A DNA stretch of 64,000 nucleotides from a virus (Duplodnaviria; Caudoviricetes): IMG/VR virus record IMGVR_UViG_3300034166_000463, positions 6,642-70,641 of that record. The stretch is one strand, 5' to 3'. The notes beneath the pieces are model-generated. The model made no database searches, had not been told where the DNA came from, and worked only from the letters and a program-made list of their open reading frames with translations. Each line of letters opens with the position of its first letter. The stretch's first letter is position 1. Of this stretch, positions 35,882-45,249 are shown one piece after another. The translations under genes and the position numbers were made by a program.

Positions 35882-38053
35882 TTAGGGGGCTAGAACTGAG
35901 AGATCCACAACCACTGCGGTAACGCGCACCATTCCGTAGCCATAAATGCTTGCGGAACTAGATTTAATGAAGCGTCCGTATTGTATTTCTGAAGGAGATG
36001 TGGCTTCTAAAGTATTAGGTGATACAATCACTTCAGCATCAGTGGGATCAAAGTCGGTTTTGAGGGTCAAAGTGCTATCAATAGTTTCTAGCTTCGTCAG
36101 TAGGAATTGCTTTTGTAAGGGCGTTACTTCTTCCCCCGCATAAGTTGGAGGAATCGCTTCAAGAGCATCGCGGACAGCTTGAACACGCGCTTCATTGGCT
36201 GCAACAATCGCTGCCCAAGTCGCGTCTAGTAGCCCTGCTGGAGATGTGAAATCGGAGTATGTTACTTCAATTCCCAGTGTACCGTGTAGAGTTGCAGGCA
36301 GCACGCCTACATTTGTAAATGCAGAAACCGAAGAACTCTCACTGGCCGAGGCCGAATTATCCGATATGCTTTCTGAGAAAGATCGTTGCGCTCCGTTGCC
36401 AGAGATGACGATGCGAGATGAGATAGGCCGATACATTGGCCACGGTTCGGCATTTACCGCAGCCAGTATATCTCCCGGAGAAGATCCACCTAACGGTAGG
36501 AAAAACACATGAATCTCGGAAGCAACTGGCCCACTATACCCCTCTTCAATCTCGTAAGTCAGATCGGCACTGACGGCTAACGAGCTAGTGTTTGACCCGC
36601 TGTAAGAGTTACCCCATCCGTAAGAGTTGCCGTTACCTACCGAACGAGACGCTAAAACCGAAACGCTCTTTAGGACATTGGGGAGTTGGATGTTCTCCTG
36701 AGATGGCAGGGTGAGATGAATCCCGGCTAGTGCAGCTTGGACAGCGGAGCGGTTCACGGTGCGCTCCTTAGAGCGGTATTCGTCAATAGGTTCAGTGTCA
36801 CTACCCGGACTATTAGTCCCCGCAGGAACAACTTGCTCGGTAAATGGCAGGTCGATGTCGAGATCGGTGTCATACTTGGAGCCTGATAATGAAGGGAAAG
36901 AATCCATCGTCCCAACTTCCTCAATGAACTTACCTTGACCAATCGGTGTGACTTTGCTTTTGATAATGCTAAATCCACCTGCGGCATTCTTTCTTTCAGA
37001 TGCGAGTGTTTCCTCCGTAGTCAGGATTCCTCCGCCAAAAGCTGCAACCCACTCAGTCCCCGTCAAAGGGTTATCCGTGTCGATTGTCTCCGTTGTGATC
37101 TTCTTTTCGTATCGGTAATCATTGATCTTGGTTACTTGAACCTCCACCTCATCGCCGGTAGGTGTAGCGGGTGCCGGAAGGTTGTCCACGTTGGCCGCCG
37201 CGAGATCAATGGGGGTGGTGGTCTGCACTACATTCGTGCTTGCGCGGAACTTCTGTGGAGTAGGGTTTTCTCTGGCCTTACTCTTGACTTGCCCAATCGG
37301 CCAATCATCGGTGAGTGCCCCGCTAGTTTCGCGCTTGAGGGTGATCTGCTGCTCAATGACGGCAAACCAGTTATCGGAAAGCTGCTCGCCAGAGCGAGAA
37401 ATTTTGAGGTTTACTTGCATTCCCCAATAGGGGTTCTTGTCGTCGGCCACTAGTGTCTCGATAGCGACTCCGCTAACCGTCTCGCCCCGGTAATACAGGG
37501 TGGTGGTGCGGGAAAGGTTTACGCCGAGCGCTTCGTTAAAACCGTTGTCGGTGATTGTTGCCCTTTTCACATAGACGTGCGTTTCCGCGACGTAGAGAGA
37601 ATCGAGTTCCTGCTCACCGATACGAGTCTGCCGTTTCTCGGCGAGGACGTAAGCTCCAGTAAAAAGGGACTCAGGGTCGTTCGGCATAGTCGCCCCCATT
37701 GCCGGAGTGTCTGGGGTGAACGCTGAACGGAGCGTGACGTAGGTGCGAGCTACAGCGTCGAATCTCGTGCCACCGATGTCGGCCTTTGTATAAGAGAAGT
37801 TGTAGTCGTCCTGATTCTCACGCTTAGCAGCATACCACCATTGTTGTTCCGCGCTTGGATTAGAACCTTTTACAACAGGAGTAACAAAAATCAATTCATG
37901 GTCTGGATACCTAGTTTTATTAGGATGTGGATCTCCATAATTCCAATTCTCATTCCTAGGAATGTTTGAATCTTTTATTTCATAGAATAAAAGATCAGAA
38001 GGAACTGGAGTTGGAAAAGACTTAACTTGTTGCCATTCATTTACGATAGCCAT
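35882..38053 (-). CDS. putative tail structural protein
   Basis: 723-aa Thr/Ser-rich ORF in the tail module. Confidence 0.55.
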   Translation of the reverse strand: MAIVNEWQQVKSFPTPVPSDLLFYEIKDSNIPRNENWNYGDPHPNKTRYPDHELIFVTPVVKGSNPSAEQQWWYAAKRENQDDYNFSYTKADIGGTRFDAVARTYVTLRSAFTPDTPAMGATMPNDPESLFTGAYVLAEKRQTRIGEQELDSLYVAETHVYVKRATITDNGFNEALGVNLSRTTTLYYRGETVSGVAIETLVADDKNPYWGMQVNLKISRSGEQLSDNWFAVIEQQITLKRETSGALTDDWPIGQVKSKARENPTPQKFRASTNVVQTTTPIDLAAANVDNLPAPATPTGDEVEVQVTKINDYRYEKKITTETIDTDNPLTGTEWVAAFGGGILTTEETLASERKNAAGGFSIIKSKVTPIGQGKFIEEVGTMDSFPSLSGSKYDTDLDIDLPFTEQVVPAGTNSPGSDTEPIDEYRSKERTVNRSAVQAALAGIHLTLPSQENIQLPNVLKSVSVLASRSVGNGNSYGWGNSYSGSNTSSLAVSADLTYEIEEGYSGPVASEIHVFFLPLGGSSPGDILAAVNAEPWPMYRPISSRIVISGNGAQRSFSESISDNSASASESSSVSAFTNVGVLPATLHGTLGIEVTYSDFTSPAGLLDATWAAIVAANEARVQAVRDALEAIPPTYAGEEVTPLQKQFLLTKLETIDSTLTLKTDFDPTDAEVIVSPNTLEATSPSEIQYGRFIKSSSASIYGYGMVRVTAVVVDLSVLAP

Positions 38054-38112
38054 TGAATTGAATTTGTTTAAATTGTTAAATTATAATTAAATTAAATCTA
38101 ATTGAAATCAAG

Positions 38113-38343
38113 CTATTTTGCTTTTTTGTAAACATTCGCTAGCGTTCCGTTCAATGTGACTTTTCGCTTCGTCAATTCGCCGCTTTTGCACATCCTTGCT
38201 AGGCGGCAGCGAACTGACGAGTTAGTCGTCTTGGTTTTCTCCATGACCATTTCCGCCGTGAACTCGTCAGGCTCCATTTCTTGCTGGCTGAGTTGCTCAA
38301 CAATCCAGTCCATGCCGCTAACTTTCGGGATGCTTTTTGCCAT
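38113..38343 (-). CDS. small winged-HTH-like protein
   Basis: EFTAEMV...SVRCRLARMCKSGEL; coupled to the phosphoesterase. Confidence 0.5.
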   Translation of the reverse strand: MAKSIPKVSGMDWIVEQLSQQEMEPDEFTAEMVMEKTKTTNSSVRCRLARMCKSGELTKRKVTLNGTLANVYKKAK

Positions 38344-39143
38344 TATGGTATGTATTTACGTTGGTGAAATAGTGGAAGGTCGCCCTTGTCGGTCGTTCTT
38401 GCGTCTAGAATGATGCAGGAGGGCTCTACAATAGCGTCTGGGACTACTTTGTAGCCGTGGCGGGTCAAGCCCTGCCATGCGCCCGTGATAAGCGAGGCTT
38501 GGTTGCCGTCCGTCCAGATTCCATGCCGATGGCGATGCGCCCGACAAATCACCGATGGGACACGCTTGCCAACCCTAGCGCGGGTGTGGGTGATTGTCCC
38601 AAGTGCGATAGAATGCGCTCCAGCTTCAAGATACGGGCGGGAGGTAGCTGAGATATGGTGGGCGAAGTTGATAAGCGTCCCGTTGATTTCAATGTCGAGG
38701 TTGTCCCAAGCGTTTTGCCCGTTCTCTGGGTTTTTCGATGCTCCTAGAACTTTGCCCAACCGAATCTCGTCATTGCGCGTGTGGCACTCCGTTCCTTTGA
38801 TGATGTGGACTGCGGATGCCTTGCTTGTCACGGGTTCAAGAATCTGAATTACAGCGGAAGATTGATCCCCAATATCGGCACTCATCACTTGGGTCGTCCG
38901 GTGGTGGATTCCTTCAACTAGGTCTCCGTTGATTACCAACTCGTAAGGCTCATCCCCTACGGTTTTGACTATCCACTCATGGCAGTCTTTCCAGCAAGCC
39001 CACAGCCATTGCTGGAATGCGTTTTGCCCGATGGGGACTCCTTCGGTGGATACGAAATCAGATGGCCATAGCCCGACAACTGAGCCGATATGCAAGTCGG
39101 ACAAGAGGACAATGATTTTAGACTTGCTTTTCAGTGGTTTCAT
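38343..39143 (-). CDS. calcineurin-like metallophosphoesterase
   Basis: SDLHIG, NGDLVEG, GTECH, AHH and AHRH motifs. Confidence 0.85.
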   Translation of the reverse strand: MKPLKSKSKIIVLLSDLHIGSVVGLWPSDFVSTEGVPIGQNAFQQWLWACWKDCHEWIVKTVGDEPYELVINGDLVEGIHHRTTQVMSADIGDQSSAVIQILEPVTSKASAVHIIKGTECHTRNDEIRLGKVLGASKNPENGQNAWDNLDIEINGTLINFAHHISATSRPYLEAGAHSIALGTITHTRARVGKRVPSVICRAHRHRHGIWTDGNQASLITGAWQGLTRHGYKVVPDAIVEPSCIILDARTTDKGDLPLFHQRKYIP

Positions 39144-39199
39144 TTGCGTGTAATGTTGCTCAAATCAGACGGAATCCCCGCTTTTGCGCGATTGTTTGC

Positions 39200-39697
39200 T
39201 CAAACGTTAAATCGAATGCGTGAACGAATTCGGGAAATGTTTCGCTTTTTTAAATAAACACCACCGCCCTCGCGTGATCCAGCGTCGTCAGTATTTCCTT
39301 CTGCAACAGTAACATTGCCCTTCTTGTCGGGTGAGGATACCGCGATGCCGATATGGGAGAAGGTGAAGATCACAATGTCACCAGCCATAATGTCTTTGCC
39401 TGGAGACCGCCGCAACCAAGTCGTCGAGTCTTGCGCGATAGACCAGTTCTCAAAATCCCATGCGCCAGCGGTTCTCGGACGCTTGAACGTCTTTGTCTGC
39501 TTCGTGTTGGATGATGCCAACGCCTCGCGGATCACCCAGCAGACGAAAGCCGCGCACCACGGCCATCCCTTGTTTGGGTTCAGCCATGTCGCCGCCTTGT
39601 ATTCGTTCACGCGAACGCCGCAGTTTGTATTACCGACTTCACGAACGCCGACTTCCGCCTTGGCGATACGGATAATTTCTGTTATAAGGTTTTTCAT
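39200..39697 (-). CDS. CHAP-domain endolysin
   Basis: PWCAAFV, SHIGI and EGNT catalytic motifs. Confidence 0.9.
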   Translation of the reverse strand: MKNLITEIIRIAKAEVGVREVGNTNCGVRVNEYKAATWLNPNKGWPWCAAFVCWVIREALASSNTKQTKTFKRPRTAGAWDFENWSIAQDSTTWLRRSPGKDIMAGDIVIFTFSHIGIAVSSPDKKGNVTVAEGNTDDAGSREGGGVYLKKRNISRIRSRIRFNV

Positions 39698-39960
39698 TTC
39701 CAGATTTTCATTATGATTGCCAGAGCAATTCCGCCGATGAAGTTAAGTATCAGAATCCCACCAAGAAAGCGAGCTTGATTTTCCTCTAGGCTACGGACGC
39801 GGCTTGCTAAATCCTCATGCCTATCAACAGGGGCGAACTCGTTGCGGATTTTCCCAATCTCCACAAGAACCATATCCAGCTTTTCGCCATTCTTCCGCAT
39901 TTCATCACGGACGGATTGCCGCCACTCGCGGGAAAGCTCTGCTGTTTCGTTGTCGCTCAT
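39694..39960 (-). CDS. putative holin-like membrane protein
   Basis: Coiled coil plus a C-terminal TM helix, coupled to the endolysin; start inferred. Confidence 0.55.
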   Translation of the reverse strand: MSDNETAELSREWRQSVRDEMRKNGEKLDMVLVEIGKIRNEFAPVDRHEDLASRVRSLEENQARFLGGILILNFIGGIALAIIMKIWK

Positions 39961-40358
39961 TCTGGTTGGAAGTCGTCTTGTAGTTTGCTTTTCTTGTAGC
40001 CTTTCCATCCGCCAAGGCGAACGGCACGGTGGATCATACGGCGGGTCAGCCAGCCGACACCAAGGTCGTGCATCGCGTCGAGGAAGATTTGATCCGCCTC
40101 TTCACGGGTAATGTGAAACGAACTAGCTTTGGAGTAGAGATAGTCGTGAATGAGTGCGGCGGGGAAGTAAGTACCGAACGGTGAAAAGATGTTCCAGAAC
40201 ACGCGTGGGACTGACGCTCCGTCCGTCTTGAAGCCAGTAGGTAGCTCAATCCACCCGATACGGGAGTAGTATCGGAACGGCGCAGTGAGTTGAAAGATGC
40301 GTGAGTCGCCCCGCATCCCTGCGTCTTTGAAAATGGCGGTGTCGGGAAACTTGGTCAT
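39957..40358 (-). CDS. DUF1353 family protein
   Basis: GFKTDGASVPR...AALIHDYLY...ADQIF...AVRLGG. Confidence 0.9.
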   Translation of the reverse strand: MTKFPDTAIFKDAGMRGDSRIFQLTAPFRYYSRIGWIELPTGFKTDGASVPRVFWNIFSPFGTYFPAALIHDYLYSKASSFHITREEADQIFLDAMHDLGVGWLTRRMIHRAVRLGGWKGYKKSKLQDDFQPE

Positions 40359-40398
40359 GGCATTATGTTGTTACGGCTTTGATGACTACGAAGGCATT

Positions 40399-42096
40399 TC
40401 AAAGAATCGCTTCGGCAATCAGCCTAGCTCTTTGCGCTGTTATGTTTTGTGTTGCCGAGTGGTTCGCCATGTAAACAGCAACCTCTTCGTTATTTGCGAG
40501 GGAGATCATCCATGATGTGACCAACTTGGCGGCATCATTAGCGGAATTGGTGAAGGCGCGGCACTCGGTTTCAACTCTCGCAGACAAACTCCCAGCCACA
40601 CCCGCGTAAAGCATGATCCCAAGTATATCGTCATTGCTTGCGGTAGCATCTACGCTGGCATAAACCCGAAACACTCGGGTCACGCCTGACGTATTCTTGA
40701 TGGAGAAAGTGCTCGCAGCTCCGAGAGACATGTTTGAATTAACTCCGGTATCTAAAGTTCCTGCGTTTGTAAGCGGGTAGTAGGTTCCAATTACCGAAAC
40801 AGTCACGGCGGTGAAAGCTGTCATGCGGGAAATCTGACCCCTAACTAGGCTTACTTGATTAGTTCCGCCATTCGCAACGGGCAGAGTTCCAGTGACGCCA
40901 GTAGTTAGAGGCAAACCAGTGCAGCTAGTAAGCGTTCCAGAAGTGGGCGTGCCCAAGATCGGCGTGACCAAAGTCGGAGAAGTAGCCAGTGCGTTAGCTC
41001 CACTTCCTGTCGAAGTAGTCACACCAGTTCCGCCATTCGCAACGGGCAGAGTTCCAGTAACACCAGTGGTTAAAGGCAGACCAGTGCAGCTTGTGAGTGT
41101 GCCGGAAGTAGGCGTACCCAAGATTGGTGTAACTAAGGTCGGGGAGGTAGCGAAGACAAGCGCACCTGATCCTGTCTCACCTGTAACTGCCGCAGCAAGA
41201 TTCGCACTTGAAGGAGTTGCGAGGAAAGTTGCTACTCCAGTACCGAGTCCAGAAACTCCAGTGGATATGGGTAAACCAGTGCAGCTTGTGAGTGTGCCAG
41301 AAGTGGGCGTTCCTAAAATCGGTGTGACAAAAGTCGGAGAAGTAGCTAGTGCGTTGGCTCCACTTCCGGTCGAAGTAGTTACGCCAGTGCCGCCATTCGC
41401 AACGGGTAGAGTGCCAGAGACGTGAGTGGTTAGTCCTATTTTTCCGTAGGCTGGGGCTGTGCCAATACCGCCAGAAAGTAGAGCGTTACCAGTAGCAACA
41501 TCGGCAAGTTTTGACAAAGCCGTAGAGCTGCTGGCGAAGGGGATGTCTCCGATAGCGTAAGAGGACTGTCCAGTTCCGCCATTTGCTGCTGGGAGAGTCC
41601 CGGAGACGTGAGTGGTAAGTCCTACCTTTCCGTAGGCGGGGGCTACTCCTACTCCGCCGGAGAGGAGAGCGTTGCCCGTGGCGGCATCAACTATGCCCAA
41701 GGTGGATCGTGCAGACGTCGCATCAGCCTGCTTCAAGAATCCAGTAGATGCGTCCAGCATGAAAGTGGAAGACTCAATTTCCGCAACGTCCCCCGACCCT
41801 GAAGTTGGTTTGCCTAGGATAGACAAGCCTGCCACGTTCTGCATCTTGGCGAAGGTGACGGCATCGTTGGCAATGGTCGCTACGCCAGTATTCGATACAG
41901 TGACATTCCCAGTAAGAGCTACTGACGTAGGGACGTTCGAGCCATTACCGACTAGGATGTTTCCGCTGGTCAGGGTCGCCAGCTTACTAAACGCAATCGC
42001 TGCGTTGGATGCAACGGATGTATTTGTAACAGAACCTGCGGATGGCGTGCTAACGCCAACGTCGGAAATGGTTAAGGTATAGGTGTCTGATGGCAT
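40399..42096 (-). CDS. tail fibre protein with internal repeats
   Basis: Repeated GTLPVANGGTG and TPILGTPTSGTLTSCTGLP units. Confidence 0.85.
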   Translation of the reverse strand: MPSDTYTLTISDVGVSTPSAGSVTNTSVASNAAIAFSKLATLTSGNILVGNGSNVPTSVALTGNVTVSNTGVATIANDAVTFAKMQNVAGLSILGKPTSGSGDVAEIESSTFMLDASTGFLKQADATSARSTLGIVDAATGNALLSGGVGVAPAYGKVGLTTHVSGTLPAANGGTGQSSYAIGDIPFASSSTALSKLADVATGNALLSGGIGTAPAYGKIGLTTHVSGTLPVANGGTGVTTSTGSGANALATSPTFVTPILGTPTSGTLTSCTGLPISTGVSGLGTGVATFLATPSSANLAAAVTGETGSGALVFATSPTLVTPILGTPTSGTLTSCTGLPLTTGVTGTLPVANGGTGVTTSTGSGANALATSPTLVTPILGTPTSGTLTSCTGLPLTTGVTGTLPVANGGTNQVSLVRGQISRMTAFTAVTVSVIGTYYPLTNAGTLDTGVNSNMSLGAASTFSIKNTSGVTRVFRVYASVDATASNDDILGIMLYAGVAGSLSARVETECRAFTNSANDAAKLVTSWMISLANNEEVAVYMANHSATQNITAQRARLIAEAIL

Positions 42097-42100
42097 TTTA

Positions 42101-42463
42101 TTAGCTGATTGGATCTATTGGAACCCCTCTAGTTATGTTGGCTCGCGCAGTCACTGAACCATAAAGCAAACGCTCTGTCGAGCCACTTCGAATCATAAAT
42201 ATGTCATAACTGTATCTACCGTCAGGACGAAGTAATAGCGTATTTGCTTCCGTGAGGTTAAACGATACCTGTCCGTTTACTCCACTATCAAGAATAACAT
42301 AAGCAAAAGAAACAGCTTCTGTATTATTAACTAAATCACGAATGTCAGCGTAGAACGCAACACTACCAATGTTCACGGCGGTTCCAGCCTGATTCTGGAT
42401 CGTCAGCACGAACGTGTATTCGGCTGCCCGATCAATCGTGATGTTGTAGTTGGCGGCGAGCAT
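42101..42463 (-). CDS. BppU-like Ig-fold virion protein
   Basis: YNITID...FYADIR...GQVSFNL...YSYDI...RLLYG. Confidence 0.65.
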   Translation of the reverse strand: MLAANYNITIDRAAEYTFVLTIQNQAGTAVNIGSVAFYADIRDLVNNTEAVSFAYVILDSGVNGQVSFNLTEANTLLLRPDGRYSYDIFMIRSGSTERLLYGSVTARANITRGVPIDPIS

Positions 42464-42555
42464 AGGATAGGCTTCTCAGTTAAACAGTCAAACTCCCGCC
42501 AGCGAGCCTAGCAGGCTGCGGGTGTCGCGTGGGCGGGGCGGGTGTTTGGGGTGGG

Positions 42556-44358
42556 TCATGGCTTCTGCAATACCTGGCGGCCACCTGCTACGCGGTAAAG
42601 GCTACCGGAAATCAGCGCGGCGTCCGCATCGGCGGCGGCGTCGTCGGCATAGTTGGGGAGTGCGCCGAAAATGATTTTTGTTGCGGGTGTGATTATTTCT
42701 GTTGTAGTCGGTCCGCCAAGAGTCACCTGATTCGCACGGCTGGCCTGCGCCTCATACCCGAGAACCACTACGTTGGCAAAATTCAGGGTCGTGCCATCCC
42801 CGTCCGTTTGTGGGCCGGCACTCCTCCCGATGAATGTTGCCTGCGCGGCCTTGTTATATCTCCCGGCGTTGTGGCCGATGGCCAGAGTGTAGCCTCCGGT
42901 TGCCGCGATGTTTGACCCCGCGTTGTATCCGATACCGATAGATCCCGGTGATAGATCAGATGTGAGCGAAAGCGCCCCGACGCCGACTTTCTGCGCTCCG
43001 GTGATGGCTGACTTGCCCGAATCTACGCCGACATACGTGTTGTTGGTTGATGTGTTGCCTTTGCCTGCCTCATCACCGATGGCGGTCAGGCTGCCCCCCG
43101 TCGAGTTCTGCCCCGATTGGTAGCCGATTAAGGTTGACGATCCTCCAGTGTTGGATTGTCCAGCACTAGCACCTACAAGCGTGCAATTTACGCCGGTATT
43201 GTTTATTCCTGACGCATATCCTATTGATGTTAGATTGTTCGCGGTGTTGTTTTGCCCAGCAGAGTATCCAACGCATGTCGGAAAGGTGCCGGTGTTTTCC
43301 TCGCCCGCCCGCGCACCGACCGCGACGGCGTAAGATTGGGTGTTGTTTTCTAGGGCCAGCCATCCGATGCCGATAACATCCGATCCGGTGTTGCCCATGC
43401 CGGATTGAACGCCCATGAGGACGTTCTGCGTGCCGCTGGATGATCCCGCCCGCACGCCCGCGAAAATGTTTGTCCCTGCGGTGCGGAGGTTGGTGGCTTC
43501 GATGGAGTATCGCGGAGCGGTCAGATATGCCGCCGCCAAGCGTAAGCCTATGTCGGCATGTCCCGGAAGGGTGAAATGGATGTTGTCGCCATCGATTGCC
43601 GCTTCAGTGGTTGGCACGCTGACCCTCCATGGCGATCCATTTCCAATCTGGATCTGCGCGGATCGAATCGCGTTACCGTTGTAGCCGTCTGAAACGCGAG
43701 GAATCAGGACGCGGGTTTTCGCCTTGTCAAACCATGTCTCGGCGTCAAGTTGGGTGATGAGCGTTTCAAAATTGTCGACGTAAGTCGTGGAGTTGCTGTC
43801 TGCCTCTCCCTGCATCCAGATGAATGCGTCGATGGTGGATTTTGAAAGTCCGGTCAGTGTTGCGCTTGCAATCGCGCCGTCAACCAGGGCTTTCATGGCG
43901 ACGTAGCGGGCGGACGATGCGCCGCTTCCGACCCAGCCTGAAATGGCCGCGCCCGATAGACCGGAGATGACGCAGTAAACATCCCGCCCGGTGACAGCGG
44001 CGAGTTGTTCGGCTGCGCGGATGACCATCGCGCCGACGGTGGATGCGCCGTTGGTGATCCATGCGCTGCCGTTCCACGCGAAAACTTTTGCCGACTGGAT
44101 GGTGGTGGTCGTGTAGGTCGCGCTCGCCATGTTGGACTGCCCATCGCCAACCAAAAGCATCGGGGATTGGATCTGCGGAGTGGCTTGTGCCGCGATCTTC
44201 GCATCGGCTCCGGCGGGGGTTTCGGCTCCTAGTGCAGCGATCTGGGCTGCTGCATCTGCCGCCATGAGCAATGTCCGGCCTGCGGCGGTGGAGTCCGTGA
44301 TGTCGGCGGCGGTGATGTCTGCAATTGACAAAATTCCATTTTTAAGTATTAGGCTCAT
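42556..44358 (-). CDS. tail-associated SGNH (sialate O-acetylesterase-like) hydrolase with beta-helix repeats
   Basis: GQSN, WMQGEAD and DNIH motifs, followed by GxxAGxxNT repeats; GC-rich. Confidence 0.8.
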   Translation of the reverse strand: MSLILKNGILSIADITAADITDSTAAGRTLLMAADAAAQIAALGAETPAGADAKIAAQATPQIQSPMLLVGDGQSNMASATYTTTTIQSAKVFAWNGSAWITNGASTVGAMVIRAAEQLAAVTGRDVYCVISGLSGAAISGWVGSGASSARYVAMKALVDGAIASATLTGLSKSTIDAFIWMQGEADSNSTTYVDNFETLITQLDAETWFDKAKTRVLIPRVSDGYNGNAIRSAQIQIGNGSPWRVSVPTTEAAIDGDNIHFTLPGHADIGLRLAAAYLTAPRYSIEATNLRTAGTNIFAGVRAGSSSGTQNVLMGVQSGMGNTGSDVIGIGWLALENNTQSYAVAVGARAGEENTGTFPTCVGYSAGQNNTANNLTSIGYASGINNTGVNCTLVGASAGQSNTGGSSTLIGYQSGQNSTGGSLTAIGDEAGKGNTSTNNTYVGVDSGKSAITGAQKVGVGALSLTSDLSPGSIGIGYNAGSNIAATGGYTLAIGHNAGRYNKAAQATFIGRSAGPQTDGDGTTLNFANVVVLGYEAQASRANQVTLGGPTTTEIITPATKIIFGALPNYADDAAADADAALISGSLYRVAGGRQVLQKP

Positions 44359-44651
44359 TGGGCGTGACGGATAAGATTAAAAGAAGCACGAATTGAACTA
44401 CTCGTGCCGCCAGAAACAGTAAGACGAATAACTGAACCAGATGGAATCAAAGTTTTTTCTGTTTCAGCAGTCCAAGATCCACCAATAACATCATCAAAAA
44501 CACTATTGTCAACATCGCTTCGAATAGTCATAACTACTGTAGCTCCGCCAAAATTACCCTTTAAGGTAAAAAGGTAAAAATTACCAGAATCAACTTCTAT
44601 GTCATAAAAGCCATCAGCAGTAATTGGATTATTTCTGTATAAATCAGACAT
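44355..44651 (-). CDS. small virion protein
   Basis: Beta-sandwich-like GNFGGATV pattern. Confidence 0.55.
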   Translation of the reverse strand: MSDLYRNNPITADGFYDIEVDSGNFYLFTLKGNFGGATVVMTIRSDVDNSVFDDVIGGSWTAETEKTLIPSGSVIRLTVSGGTSSSIRASFNLIRHAQ

Positions 44652-44748
44652 TAGTTAATTTTTTTAGTTGTTTTAGCCCCGACTAAATAAGGAGCAATTA
44701 AAGAAAAAGTAGCTCACCCCATAAGAAATATGAGGCGAGCGTAATTAT

Positions 44749-45177
44749 TTAGGCATCATTAGACACATGATACCAACGAGTTCCGTCAGACAGCAGCCTT
44801 GCAGCTTTTGCTGTAGCAATAACAACGTTTGCTGCGTCAGCAGTGCCAGTCAGAATCACTTCAGAGCCAGAACCATCAACAGTGCAGTTTCCAGAAGCAG
44901 TGTTAAGAATGAAAACTTCACGAGGAAACGCAGCAGCAAGCGGAAGAGTTACAGTTGGAGTTGTCCCAACCACTACATTCAAACGCTTATTGATAACGTC
45001 ACCATTAGCTACAGATGAATCAACATCGCTAGCAGTGAGTTCATTAACACCATGGATATTACCCTCAGCATCTCTTGTTGCCAAAACACTGTCAACAAAA
45101 CCAAGAGCCTTGCGACCTTTGTTAATGTAACGCCATGTGGCCTTAGTTGGAAGAACGAGTGAAAGAATTGTTTTCAT
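44749..45177 (-). CDS. putative head decoration/minor capsid protein
   Basis: TVTLPLA...SDGTRWY motif, directly after the capsid gene. Confidence 0.55.
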   Translation of the reverse strand: MKTILSLVLPTKATWRYINKGRKALGFVDSVLATRDAEGNIHGVNELTASDVDSSVANGDVINKRLNVVVGTTPTVTLPLAAAFPREVFILNTASGNCTVDGSGSEVILTGTADAANVVIATAKAARLLSDGTRWYHVSNDA

Positions 45178-45199
45178 ATTTTTATCGAGTTACCCATTA

Positions 45200-45240
45200 A
45201 GAAGAAAACCCCGGCCCGAATGGGCGTTCGAACCGGGGCT
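45200..45240 (-). terminator. intrinsic terminator after the capsid gene
   Basis: GC stem CCCCGG/CCGGGG followed by TTTTCTT on the minus strand. Confidence 0.6.
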
Positions 45241-45249
45241 TAAGGTTAC

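Noticed and set aside
40860-41680. Long internal DNA repeats in the tail fibre (possible DGR template/variable repeat)
   Set aside because: They are protein-level repeats with synonymous divergence; no adenine-specific pattern and no reverse transcriptase.
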